Origin: a virus
Virus record (IMG/VR): IMGVR_UViG_3300012663_000526
Location: 1 to 64,000 of that record
Length of the DNA stretch: 64,000 nt
Reading direction: 5' to 3' (one strand)
The notes beneath the pieces were generated by a model. The model made no database searches, had not been told where the DNA came from, and worked only from the letters and a program-made list of their open reading frames with translations. This document shows, one piece after another, positions 25,789-35,686 of this stretch. Positions within the stretch are counted from its first letter, which is position 1. Each line of letters begins with the position of its first letter. The position numbers and the translations under genes are program-made.

Positions 25789-26348
25789 TATTTATTGCTT
25801 TCTGGATTGTCCCATTTACATTGCAAGGGTTTGAAATCATCTGGGAATTTACCCAGCCATTCCTTAGTCCTTGGTGTCATACCCTTCCAGGATGACCAGT
25901 TCTTACCGCCAGCACTCATATGGAATGCTATCGTCGCATTAGTCCAAGGATCAAATAGATCTTTGTCATAAGTCAAATTAAATTTATCTCTTCGATCTGC
26001 TCCCATAGATCCAAGCATATTTATCTGGAAAACTCCATATGAGTTATCTCCAGTTTTTCTGTTACCGTTGTATGCCAGTGGTCGGCCATTAGATTCTTTC
26101 TTTGCGACTGCCCAGGCTTCAGAAAGGTCACTACCCTTGAAACCAGCGCAGAATAGTAACTGAGCTAAATCCTCATCACTCAGTGATTTAACGCTCTTAA
26201 AGTCCTCTATATAGGCGTATTGTGCTTGTGGTACATCATTTGATATACTTGTTTGAGCAGCAGCGTTGTTAAATCCTGGAAAGCTAGCACATATAAGTGC
26301 AATCATTCCCAATTTAAGGGCTGCGTCTCTTATGGTTTTATTTTTCAT
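25788..26348 (-). CDS. Secreted lysozyme-like lytic transglycosylase (SLT-type)
   Basis: Signal peptide; AKKESNG catalytic Glu; GVFQIN; DP.TNA; WSSW. Confidence 0.85.
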   Translation of the reverse strand: MKNKTIRDAALKLGMIALICASFPGFNNAAAQTSISNDVPQAQYAYIEDFKSVKSLSDEDLAQLLFCAGFKGSDLSEAWAVAKKESNGRPLAYNGNRKTGDNSYGVFQINMLGSMGADRRDKFNLTYDKDLFDPWTNATIAFHMSAGGKNWSSWKGMTPRTKEWLGKFPDDFKPLQCKWDNPESNK

Positions 26349-26390
26349 AAGGTATTAATCATAACCTATTACTAGAAAGGCTGTCAAGTC

Positions 26391-27380
26391 GTGATTTTGA
26401 GTTTTAACACAAACCCAGGAAATTTAAATATTTCTACAGGCTATGGATACGCAGGATATCACATTGTAACAAGTCTACAAAAACTAGGATACAAAGTTCC
26501 TTTTAAATACAAGGGTGCTAAAGTTCAATTAAATTTTAGTCAACCACAATTTTTTGAATTAAATAAAGATCAATATCAAATAGGATATCTTCCATGGGAA
26601 TCAACTAAATTACAAGAGGGTTGGTTAGAAACACTAAATGAATGTGATGAAGTATGGGCAACTTCTCCTTGGGTAAAACAAGTTTATGAAAACTGCGGAG
26701 TCACTCCGCCAATACATGTCTACGAACATGGTATTGAAAATATTTGGCAACCATTTAAAAGACAGAGAAAAAATGGACCACTAAGATTTTTACATGTTGG
26801 AGAACCAGCACCTAGAAAATCAGGACAGATGGCTTTTGAAGCTTTTGTTGATGTTTTTGGAAATGATCCAGATTATCGTTTAACTATTAAATCTTATAAA
26901 TATAATACTATAAGAGTATATAATGAATATAATAATATTATAGATAGTAGTATATCTAAAACATATAATAATATTTCAATTATACCTGACGAAGTTTCTA
27001 CAAGTCAAATGGTGGGCATTTTTAACTCCCATCACTGTTTAATCTATCCGTCTTGGGGAGAAGGCTTTGGTTTCATTCCGCTCCAAGCTCTTGCAAGTGG
27101 CATGCCCGTAATTTGTACTGAAGAATGGGCGCCATATAAAAAATTCTTGGGACCACTAGCACTTAAATCTCAATATGTGGAATCACCTTGGCAAAACCCT
27201 CACCCTGGACTAATGGTTCAGCCTTCATACGAAGATCTTTGCAATTTGCTAAGAAAGACTGCTGACGAGTATAATACTATTGCGGACTATTATTATGATC
27301 AGGCTGCGGAAGTTGGTAAAGCATATGATTGGTTACAGTTGACTGATAATGCTTTCTCAAGATTAAAAGAAAAATTTTAA
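26391..27380 (+). CDS. Glycosyltransferase, GT4/GT-B family
   Basis: GYG, WES, HG, PRK, YPSWGEGFGFIPLQALASGMPVI. Confidence 0.9.
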   Translation: MILSFNTNPGNLNISTGYGYAGYHIVTSLQKLGYKVPFKYKGAKVQLNFSQPQFFELNKDQYQIGYLPWESTKLQEGWLETLNECDEVWATSPWVKQVYENCGVTPPIHVYEHGIENIWQPFKRQRKNGPLRFLHVGEPAPRKSGQMAFEAFVDVFGNDPDYRLTIKSYKYNTIRVYNEYNNIIDSSISKTYNNISIIPDEVSTSQMVGIFNSHHCLIYPSWGEGFGFIPLQALASGMPVICTEEWAPYKKFLGPLALKSQYVESPWQNPHPGLMVQPSYEDLCNLLRKTADEYNTIADYYYDQAAEVGKAYDWLQLTDNAFSRLKEKF

Positions 27381-27468
27381 AAATTTCTTTTCTTTAAAAA
27401 AAAGTCACTATACTTAGTATTACCAATAAAATTAAACCCAACATGTGGGACTAGAGGAGTATTCTAAA

Positions 27469-29400
27469 ATGCAAGAAGTAATTCAAAATCCGTACGAGAA
27501 CTTTATCGCTCTGAGCCGTTATGCAAGATGGCTACCAGAAGAAAACCGTCGTGAGACTTGGGGAGAGACAGTAGACAGATTTGTTCTGTATATGACAAAT
27601 CACCTTAAGAGCGATTATAACTATGAACCTTCTGCAAGCCTCACTCTAGAAATTCGTGATGCCATTTTTAATAGAAACATTATGCCGTCAATGAGATCAG
27701 TAATGACAGCTGGTGCCGCTTTGGATAGAGACAATGTTGCAGGTTACAATTGCTCATTTTTACCAGTAGACTCACTTCGCTCATTTGACGAAGCTATGTA
27801 TATTTTGATGTGCGGAACAGGTGTTGGATTCTCTGTGGAGTCAGTTTATGTAGATAAGCTTCCAGTTGTTAATGAACATTTCGAAAAGTCTAATACCGTT
27901 ATTGTTGTTGAGGATTCAAAAGCTGGTTGGGCAAAATCACTTCGTGAACTCCTTGCTCTTTTATGGCAAGGACAAATTCCTACATGGGATGTTTCTCAAG
28001 TAAGGCCTGCAGGTGCACGTCTTAAGACTTTTGGTGGTCGTGCTTCAGGTCCTGAACCACTTGTCAATCTTTTTGAGTTCTGCGTTACAACTGTAAAGCA
28101 TGCATCTGGAAGAAAATTGCGTTCTATTGAAGCGCATGACATTATGTGTAAGATTGGTGAAGTAGTTGTTGTTGGCGGAGTTCGTCGTTCTGCTTTAATT
28201 TCACTTTCAGATCTTCGTGACACAGATATGGCAAAAGCAAAAGCTGGTGCTTGGTGGGAAGCAACTGGTCATCGTGCATTAGCAAATAATTCTGTTGCAT
28301 ACATGGATCGACCATCAATGTCAGACTTTATTGCCGAATGGAAAAATCTTTACGACTCAAAATCAGGAGAGCGTGGAATCTACAATGTTAAGGCTGCACA
28401 AAAGCAGGCTGCAAAGTATGGTCGACGTGATGAAAACATTAGATACGGAACTAACCCATGTTCTGAAATTATTTTGCGTCCTTATCAGTTCTGCAACCTT
28501 TCAGAAATTATTGTTCGTGAAGAAGATAATGAAAAGACACTTGCTCGCAAGGTAGAACTTGCAACCATTCTCGGTACATGGCAATCAACACTTACAAACT
28601 TTAAGTACCTACGCAAAATCTGGAAAGAAAATACAGAAGAAGAAAGACTGTTAGGTGTTTCTATCACTGGGCAATTTGGAAACGAATTAATGTCTGGGAA
28701 AAAGGGTATTGATAAGCTTTCAGATGTTCTTAACTCACTTCGTGAACTTGCTGTTTCTACAAACGTTGAAGAAGCAGGAAAGATTGGTATTAATCCTTCC
28801 GCTGCAGTTACATGCGTTAAGCCTTCTGGAACAGTTTCACAGCTAACTGGCGTTTCTTCTGGAATGCACCCATGGCACAATGAATATTATATCCGCACAG
28901 TACGTGGTGATAAGAAAGATCCACTTACACAATTCTTAATTGAAGCTGGAGTTCCAGCAGAAGACGACTTTATGAATCCAACTCAGACAAAGGTATTTTC
29001 ATTTCCTGTAAAGGCTCCAAAGGGAGCAGTTCTAAGAAATGATCTTACTGCAATTGAACACTTAAACATTTGGCTTGCATATCAAAGAGCTTGGTGTGAG
29101 CACAAGCCTTCAATTACCGTTTCAGTTCGTGATGAAGAGTGGATGGAAGTTGGATCTTGGGTGTGGGAGCACTTTGATGAGGTTTCTGGAATTTCATTCC
29201 TTCCTTATTCAGACCACACATATAAACAAGCTCCGTATCAGGATGCCACAGAAGAAGAGTATCTTGCAGCAGTTGCAAAGATGCCAGAAAATATTATGTG
29301 GTCACTTCTTAGTATGTACGAGACAGAAGACTCTACAACTGGAAGCCAAAACCTAGCTTGTTCTGCAGATGCAGGATGCGAAGTGGTAGACATTAACTAG
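27469..29400 (+). CDS. nrdJ: Class II (adenosylcobalamin-dependent) ribonucleotide reductase
   Basis: YNCSF, GTGVGF, GGVRRSA, TNPCSEI, FCNLSE, TCVKPSGT, C-terminal C....GC; GAGGAG RBS. Confidence 0.93.
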   Translation: MQEVIQNPYENFIALSRYARWLPEENRRETWGETVDRFVLYMTNHLKSDYNYEPSASLTLEIRDAIFNRNIMPSMRSVMTAGAALDRDNVAGYNCSFLPVDSLRSFDEAMYILMCGTGVGFSVESVYVDKLPVVNEHFEKSNTVIVVEDSKAGWAKSLRELLALLWQGQIPTWDVSQVRPAGARLKTFGGRASGPEPLVNLFEFCVTTVKHASGRKLRSIEAHDIMCKIGEVVVVGGVRRSALISLSDLRDTDMAKAKAGAWWEATGHRALANNSVAYMDRPSMSDFIAEWKNLYDSKSGERGIYNVKAAQKQAAKYGRRDENIRYGTNPCSEIILRPYQFCNLSEIIVREEDNEKTLARKVELATILGTWQSTLTNFKYLRKIWKENTEEERLLGVSITGQFGNELMSGKKGIDKLSDVLNSLRELAVSTNVEEAGKIGINPSAAVTCVKPSGTVSQLTGVSSGMHPWHNEYYIRTVRGDKKDPLTQFLIEAGVPAEDDFMNPTQTKVFSFPVKAPKGAVLRNDLTAIEHLNIWLAYQRAWCEHKPSITVSVRDEEWMEVGSWVWEHFDEVSGISFLPYSDHTYKQAPYQDATEEEYLAAVAKMPENIMWSLLSMYETEDSTTGSQNLACSADAGCEVVDIN

Positions 29401-29454
29401 TCTGCCTTTAGCGTTTATATATGCTAAAATTAGATTAATACCACTGGAGCGTAA

Positions 29455-29805
29455 ATGCCATTTTTAACTAAGAATTTTAATGTAGACGAAGGCGCTACAC
29501 TGAATTTCACTATATTTTGGAAAGATCCAAACGATGTTCCAATTAATATAACTGGCTATACAGCAAAAATGCAGGCAAGAGATAAGCAAGGCGGAAAGAT
29601 ACTTTGCTTTACCTTAACCCATACAGATGGGATAGCTATAAATGGCCCACTGGGAAGAATTAGCGTAACAGTATCTGCAGAAAGAACTACTAAGTTAGTT
29701 TATCCAAAGTCATTCTATGATCTAGTTCTAACCGCCCCAGATGGAGTTACCAAGACACGCATTCTTGAAGGAACACTTAGTGTTTCAAAGGCGGTTACAG
29801 TCTAA
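29455..29805 (+). CDS. Virion structural protein (LtfC-like beta-sandwich)
   Basis: P.NITGYTAKMQ.R...YDL.L...RILEG. Confidence 0.7.
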   Translation: MPFLTKNFNVDEGATLNFTIFWKDPNDVPINITGYTAKMQARDKQGGKILCFTLTHTDGIAINGPLGRISVTVSAERTTKLVYPKSFYDLVLTAPDGVTKTRILEGTLSVSKAVTV

Positions 29806-30281
29806 TGGCTGAAATTACAGTTGTAGACAACTCAAACATTATTAATGTCACTCAAGTTGACAATCAGGTAATACTTTCAGACTCTGGAATACAGGGTCCT
29901 TCTGGAAGAACTATTCTTAATGGTTCTGGCGCCCCTCAAGATGGTAATGGAGTTACTGGAGATTTCTACTTCGACGTAGTTCTAAATAAATTTTATGGTC
30001 CAAAGCTCACAGATAACTCTTGGCTTAACGCCAAGGCAATAATCCTTACACAAGAGGTTTCAGAAAAGTTATCATGGAGCCTTTCTCAAGTTAGTTCTAC
30101 CCCTGATGCTGATGGCTACTATTCAGTCACTCTTACTACATCACTACTTTTCCAGCCAAATGTTACCGTAATCGACAGCGGTGGCAATGCATTCGAAACT
30201 GGAGTACAGTATAATGAGAGTAATAAAACTGTGAAGCTTTTCATGACTTCTAGGTTTTCTGGGACAGCCTACCTGTCCTAA
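29805..30281 (+). CDS. Fibre-associated structural protein
   Basis: G.GAP....G..GDFY.D...YGPK motif. Confidence 0.7.
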   Translation: MAEITVVDNSNIINVTQVDNQVILSDSGIQGPSGRTILNGSGAPQDGNGVTGDFYFDVVLNKFYGPKLTDNSWLNAKAIILTQEVSEKLSWSLSQVSSTPDADGYYSVTLTTSLLFQPNVTVIDSGGNAFETGVQYNESNKTVKLFMTSRFSGTAYLS

Positions 30282-30294
30282 AGGGAGATAAAAA

Positions 30295-31590
30295 ATGGCT
30301 AGACAGTTTCTTATAGACATTGATTTAAAGCAAAATGAATTACGCAATGCCGTAATACATAACCTAGGCACAGCCCCACTAAGCGGAAAAGCTGGACAGG
30401 TTTATTACAACACAGCATTAAATCAACTATACTTCCACAATGGAACGGGCTGGCAGTCAGCTGGCCAGATAAGCATTACTCTTGGCGGAGACTTAAGCGG
30501 TACAGCATCAACAAACTCTGCAGGTGAAATTACTCTTAATGCAACAATTAATGCTAATGCGGTAGCTTTAGGTACAGATACTTCTGGTAACTACGTTGCA
30601 ACACTTTCTTCAACAGACTCACACTTAACTATTGCGAACTCTGGAACAGAGACTGCAGCTGTAACAATTGTTACAGATGCTACAGCGCAAAATACAGCTT
30701 CAGCAATAGTAGCTAGAAATTCAAACGGCGATTTTGCTGCTGGAACAATTACAGCTAACTTAACTGGTAATGTAACTGGAAATCTAACTGGAGACGTTAA
30801 GAATACAGATGGCACAACCATCCTGGATTCTGGAAACTCTAATGCTAGAGCAGTATTTACTGGAGATGTTTCTGGAAATGCTTCAACCGCAGATAAAATA
30901 TTAACAGCACGTAAAATTGAACTTGATGGAGACGTCAAGGGTGAAGTTAATTTTGACGGATCTCAAAATGTAGTAATCACAACAGCAATTCAGCCAAACT
31001 CTGTAGCACTTGGCACAGATACAACTGGAAACTATGTTGCTGGAATCTCTGGAACCACAAATCAAATTACAGTAACTGGCTCTGGATCAGAATCAGCAGC
31101 AGTAACAGTTGGATTGCCAGATAACGTAGAAGTTGTTGGTAACTTAAAGGTAGGCGGAAACCTTAATGTTGTTGGAACAGTAAACTCTGTTAATACAACA
31201 CAGGTTAATATCGAAGATAACAAGATTAACTTAAATACTAACTTTACTGGAACTCCTACAACAGATGCTGGAGTACGTGTTGAGCGTGGAGATGCAGCAG
31301 ACGTTGAAGTTCTTTGGAATGAAACTGATGACAAGTGGACACTTACAAATGATGGAACTAATTATCATCATATTACAAGAAAGTATGCACAAACACTTTC
31401 TACATCACTAACAACATATACAGTTACACATAATTTAGGATCAGAAGATGTTGTTGTTCAGGTATTTGAAACAGGCGGATCTAAAGAGCAAGTAGAAGTT
31501 GGAGTAGAGCATTTCTCACCTTCAGCAGTTAAACTACAGTTTGCTACCGCACCAACAGCTGGAGCTTATAGAGTCGTAATCACTGGATAA
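30295..31590 (+). CDS. Tail fibre/appendage protein
   Basis: Repeated VALGTDT.GNYVA modules; C-terminal THNLG domain. Confidence 0.75.
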   Translation: MARQFLIDIDLKQNELRNAVIHNLGTAPLSGKAGQVYYNTALNQLYFHNGTGWQSAGQISITLGGDLSGTASTNSAGEITLNATINANAVALGTDTSGNYVATLSSTDSHLTIANSGTETAAVTIVTDATAQNTASAIVARNSNGDFAAGTITANLTGNVTGNLTGDVKNTDGTTILDSGNSNARAVFTGDVSGNASTADKILTARKIELDGDVKGEVNFDGSQNVVITTAIQPNSVALGTDTTGNYVAGISGTTNQITVTGSGSESAAVTVGLPDNVEVVGNLKVGGNLNVVGTVNSVNTTQVNIEDNKINLNTNFTGTPTTDAGVRVERGDAADVEVLWNETDDKWTLTNDGTNYHHITRKYAQTLSTSLTTYTVTHNLGSEDVVVQVFETGGSKEQVEVGVEHFSPSAVKLQFATAPTAGAYRVVITG

Positions 31591-31601
31591 GGAGTAGGTA
31601 G

Positions 31602-31856
31602 ATGTCATCTGTAAAAAGACTAGTACCACTTCATGCAGTAGAGCTATCTTCAGATCCAGCAAATGGACGAATAGGCGATATTTATTATAATAGCGCAGTT
31701 AAAGAATTAAGATTTTATGATGGAGTTGCTTGGCAGCCTACTGGCGGAGCTCTAAGTGGTATTTTGGACCACGTACATACATATGACGGAGAAATTTACT
31801 CTGTAGAAAACGTTCAGATACCTAATCCAGGATTTATTGATGGCGGTGACGCATAA
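31602..31856 (+). CDS. Small fibre-associated protein
   Basis: GDIYYN...FYDG..W; IDGG. Confidence 0.65.
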   Translation: MSSVKRLVPLHAVELSSDPANGRIGDIYYNSAVKELRFYDGVAWQPTGGALSGILDHVHTYDGEIYSVENVQIPNPGFIDGGDA

Positions 31857-33058
31857 TGTCATCAGTTATTAGATTAAGAAGAGGAACATCTGCTCAATGG
31901 GCAGCTTCTACATTAGTTCTTGCACCAGCAGAACTAGGTTTAGATACTACACTAAATAAGTTAAAGGTTGGAAATGGATTATATACTTGGGTTAATCTTC
32001 CCTTTATAAATGTACTTCCCTCAGAGCTTGCGGAGTTGTCACAAGACGCTATAAATAGTGCTTTAGTTATGGGTCTACATATGACAAAAACATATGATGA
32101 CACTTTAAATACAATAACAGTTTCTTCTACTCTTACAAACGTAGACAATACATCGGATGCAGATAAGCCAATATCAACTGCTACATCAACAGCATTAGCA
32201 CTAAAAGCTCCTTTAGCCAATCCCGCTTTAACTGGAATTCCAACAGCACCAACTGCTGTGTCTACAACCAATACAACTCAAATTGCAACAACAGAATTCG
32301 TAAAGACTGCAATAGCAAATGTTATTGATTTAGCTCCAGGTGCCTTAGACACGTTAAATGAACTCGCCGCCGCAATCAATGATGACGCTTCATACGCATC
32401 TACAGTTACTACTGCATTAGGACTAAAAGCTCCTTTAGCCTCACCAACATTTAGCGGAAACGTATCTCTCCCAGCAACTACATCTATTGGAGATGTGTCT
32501 AGTACAGAAATATCTTATTTAAATAATGCAACCAGCGAAATACAGGCACAAATAGATCTCAAAGCCCCATTGCTAAATCCAACTTTTACTGGAACGGTAA
32601 GCGGAATTACAAAAACAATGGTTGGACTTGGAAATGTTGATAACACTTCAGATTTAGAGAAGCCAATATCTTCTTTAACAGCAACACGTATTGGCTTGTT
32701 AGAAACTCAAGTTGTAGACGGATTAGCTGCAAAGGTTGATAAGGCAACTATACCAACATTAAAGTCAGACACTGCTTACACAATTAGCAATCAAACAGAT
32801 AGATATAATAGAATTGAATTTGACGCTTCAACAGCAATTACAGTAACTATTCCAACAAATATAAATGATCCGTGGCCAATAGGCTCAAGCTGTGAAATTA
32901 TGCAGGCTGGAACTGGAAAAATAACTGTAGTTGGTCAATCTGGAGTAACACTAAGAGCCCCAGACAATCAATTTAAAACTAGAGTTCAATGGAGCACACT
33001 AATTCTTGAAAAAAGAGGCACAAACGATTGGCTAGTATCTGGAGATTCTGATCTATAA
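31856..33058 (+). CDS. Tail fibre with Mtd/hyaluronidase-like N-terminal anchor
   Basis: IRLRRGT..QW...L...ELG.DT...KLKVGNG; NVDNTSD..KP; KAPLASPTF; LDTLNELAAA. Confidence 0.8.
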   Translation: MSSVIRLRRGTSAQWAASTLVLAPAELGLDTTLNKLKVGNGLYTWVNLPFINVLPSELAELSQDAINSALVMGLHMTKTYDDTLNTITVSSTLTNVDNTSDADKPISTATSTALALKAPLANPALTGIPTAPTAVSTTNTTQIATTEFVKTAIANVIDLAPGALDTLNELAAAINDDASYASTVTTALGLKAPLASPTFSGNVSLPATTSIGDVSSTEISYLNNATSEIQAQIDLKAPLLNPTFTGTVSGITKTMVGLGNVDNTSDLEKPISSLTATRIGLLETQVVDGLAAKVDKATIPTLKSDTAYTISNQTDRYNRIEFDASTAITVTIPTNINDPWPIGSSCEIMQAGTGKITVVGQSGVTLRAPDNQFKTRVQWSTLILEKRGTNDWLVSGDSDL

Positions 33059-34458
33059 TGGGACTATCAAGAAAAAAAAGAAATATTGTATCCTCAAGAC
33101 TAAAGGCATTTGTATTTTTCCAAGATAGTTTTAATAATTATTTTAAGGGCGGATGGAAATTTAGAAGAGGTCAATGGACAGCTGGTTCTTCTACTGCATC
33201 AACAGCATATAGCTCATCTCTTTATCCAATGGCTTCAGTTCCAATGAAAGATCCAAATGTAACTATTTCTATTAAAAATCCAGGCATTGGATCAGGTGCC
33301 GCTCTTTGGGTAACAGATGAAGGTAACTGGTACGGATTAGTTTCTTCACAAGTAGCAAGTCCTGGAACAGGAGCATGTCTTTCTGTAAATCCTTATAATC
33401 CTTGTGGAGCAACAAATGGTTGCGAAGGCACTGGAGGAAATTGTTACGGAAGCGGCGGATGCTCAGGCACTGGAGGAAATTGTGTTGCAACTGGCGGAAA
33501 CTATGCTGGCACAAACTATGAGTGCCAAGCTTCAAACCCAAGCTGTAATGTTGAGTATGCAAATTGTGTTGCAACTGGTGGAAACTGTAATCAAGGTGGA
33601 TTTAACTGTAATACATTTGGCGGAAACTGCAGGGCTACAGGAGGAAACTGTAACACTGGTGGTGGAAACTGTAGAGCTGGAACTGGTGGAAACTGTTCTC
33701 AATATGGTTGGTGCGGAATCCCATTTGCAGCAAGCTACTGGTGCTGTAATAGATATAATCCTTACAATCCATGCCCAAGCACTAACCCATACAACCCTTG
33801 TGTTAACATAAACCCATATAACCCATGTGCAAGCTTAAACCCATATAACCCATGTGTAAACATTAACCCATATAACTATTGCATAAATATAAATCCATAC
33901 AATCCATGTGCATCCACAAACCCATACAATCCTTGTGTTAACGTAAACCCTTACAACCCATGTGCATCTACTGTTCCTAGAGATCAGTATAATCCAGTAA
34001 ATCCATGTGGCTCCACAAACCCATATAATCCATGTGGCTCCGTAAACCCTTACAATCCATGTGCTGGAGTCAACCCATACAACCCTTGTGGTGCAGGAGG
34101 AAACTGTGCTGGAACTGGTGGAACATGTAGCTCTTATGCAACTACCTATCCAAGATACTTACAGCTTATTAGGTTTACATCAAATGTTGCAACAGCTATA
34201 TATACTTTCACTTTAGATGCAGTAACAAGCTATGTTCAGATGAAGGGTCTAAAAATTCAAATATCAAATGCCACCAAAGGTGGAACTACAGCCACAATAA
34301 CAGCCAAAGCATACTCTGACACCGCAATGGTGACCCAAATTGGAAGTGATTTGATATATAACGCAACAGGTGTTAATATTGTAGCTAACTACGGAATAGT
34401 TGTTTCTCCAAGCAGCTATAACCAAGAAAGTTCACTTGGAGAAATTACAATATCGTGA
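33058..34458 (+). CDS. Cys-rich repeat protein (GGNC and NPYNPC repeats inserted in a beta-rich domain); putative adhesin
   Basis: 32 Cys, all between 33376 and 34128; Cys-free beta-rich flanks. Confidence 0.8.
   Translation: MGLSRKKRNIVSSRLKAFVFFQDSFNNYFKGGWKFRRGQWTAGSSTASTAYSSSLYPMASVPMKDPNVTISIKNPGIGSGAALWVTDEGNWYGLVSSQVASPGTGACLSVNPYNPCGATNGCEGTGGNCYGSGGCSGTGGNCVATGGNYAGTNYECQASNPSCNVEYANCVATGGNCNQGGFNCNTFGGNCRATGGNCNTGGGNCRAGTGGNCSQYGWCGIPFAASYWCCNRYNPYNPCPSTNPYNPCVNINPYNPCASLNPYNPCVNINPYNYCININPYNPCASTNPYNPCVNVNPYNPCASTVPRDQYNPVNPCGSTNPYNPCGSVNPYNPCAGVNPYNPCGAGGNCAGTGGTCSSYATTYPRYLQLIRFTSNVATAIYTFTLDAVTSYVQMKGLKIQISNATKGGTTATITAKAYSDTAMVTQIGSDLIYNATGVNIVANYGIVVSPSSYNQESSLGEITIS
33376..34128 (+). 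repeat. Coding tandem repeats: about 21-bp (xxxGGNC) then about 27-bp (xxxNPYNPC) units
   Basis: Direct reading; repeats are synonymously diverged. Confidence 0.9.
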
Positions 34459-34468
34459 GGAGTATATT

Positions 34469-34675
34469 ATGACAGAAAACATCCCAACCTGGGAAAGAAT
34501 AGGTTCAGGAGAAGGGCCTGCTCAGATTGCCTTCGCTTTGGTTTTAGATGGCATCGTTCAGCAAGTTATGTCTACAAATGTAGCCACAGCATCTCTTTTA
34601 TTAGAAGGACCACAAATTATAAGATGTAAGGATGACGCTGAAGTTGGAATGACAGTTGAACAAGCTGCGCTCTAA
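34469..34675 (+). CDS. Small protein, paralog of 35378-35686
   Basis: GAGGAG RBS; ALVLDG.VQ......A.LL..P.I. Confidence 0.7.
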   Translation: MTENIPTWERIGSGEGPAQIAFALVLDGIVQQVMSTNVATASLLLEGPQIIRCKDDAEVGMTVEQAAL

Positions 34676-34703
34676 GTAACACCCTAATAGAATAGAGAAG
34701 TAA

Positions 34704-35381
34704 TTGAGAATAATAAAGTTTATTCCGTTTGGCGGAAGGAAAAACCTTATGCCTCCATCTATATCAAAAATACCACAATGGTGGAAAGATGGAGAAACAT
34801 CTACATCTGCTGGAACTCCAGGACTTAAGTCGTGTGTTCCCTTTATGGAAATAATGAAGTCTGGATATACAATAAATTTACCATTTGATATATTTGTTTC
34901 TAGGAATGAAGATGGAACTACAAATTTAAGATGGAACGCTCCAAATGAAGCTGGTTGGCCAAACTTTATTGAAGAAAGACCACCAGATCTTGGGAAAACA
35001 ATTCCAAGACCAGCAGGACATCTTCCAAATGGATTTGTATGGACATCACAATGGTCATGGAAAACTCCAAAAGGATATAGTACGATAGTAACTCATCCAT
35101 TTAATAGATTTGATCTTCCATTTACTACAGTATCTGGCATAGTAGATTCAGATAAATTTCAGGGAAATGGAAATATTCCATTTTTCTTAAAAGAAGATTT
35201 TCAAGGCGTAATTCCAGAAGGAACTCCAGTAGCCCATATATTTCCATTCAAAAGAGATAAGTGGAAGTCTTGGGTAGATGATTCTGTGGTAGAGTCTATA
35301 TATAAGAATCAAATAGCTAATTTAAGAGAGCCTGATGGTTCGTATAAAAAGGCATTCTGGGTAAAAAAGGTGTATGAATGA
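34704..35381 (+). CDS. DUF6065-like conserved phage protein
   Basis: PQWWK, KSCVP, KTPKGYS..VTHPFNR, IVDSD, GTPVAHIFPFKR. Confidence 0.75.
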   Translation: MRIIKFIPFGGRKNLMPPSISKIPQWWKDGETSTSAGTPGLKSCVPFMEIMKSGYTINLPFDIFVSRNEDGTTNLRWNAPNEAGWPNFIEERPPDLGKTIPRPAGHLPNGFVWTSQWSWKTPKGYSTIVTHPFNRFDLPFTTVSGIVDSDKFQGNGNIPFFLKEDFQGVIPEGTPVAHIFPFKRDKWKSWVDDSVVESIYKNQIANLREPDGSYKKAFWVKKVYE

Positions 35382-35686
35382 TATTTAAAAAGAAAAACAG
35401 GATTGAAAAAATAAATCCAAAAACAGATAACTTTAAGGAACCAAAGACTTATCACGAAGAAAAAAAGATATACTCAATTGCACTAGTTCTAGATAATGAA
35501 GTTCAAGATATTCTTAGAACAGAAGAAAGACTCTGGGCAATGTTAATGAGTAATCCAGTAATAGTAGACATTACGGACAATGAGACAAGACCACAATTAA
35601 ACTGGGAATACAACGAGGAAACAGGAGAGTTCACAAATCCAAATGCAATTCAACCCAACAACGAAGAAGATCAAAGCTCTATCTGA
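35378..35686 (+). CDS. Small protein, paralog of 34469-34675
   Basis: ALVLDNEVQ...AMLMSNPVIVDIT...W.Y...F..P. Confidence 0.7.
   Translation: MIFKKKNRIEKINPKTDNFKEPKTYHEEKKIYSIALVLDNEVQDILRTEERLWAMLMSNPVIVDITDNETRPQLNWEYNEETGEFTNPNAIQPNNEEDQSSI

Noticed and set aside
27469-29400. Possible intein or intron in the ribonucleotide reductase
   Set aside because: Catalytic motifs are contiguous and the length is normal for a compact class II enzyme
31856-33058. Mtd-like N-terminus suggesting a diversity-generating retroelement
   Set aside because: Only the common anchor domain; no reverse transcriptase and no adenine-variant TR/VR pair seen in the window
33750-34100. 27-bp tandem repeats resembling a CRISPR array
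   Set aside because: In-frame coding repeats with synonymous variation, no unique spacers and no cas genes
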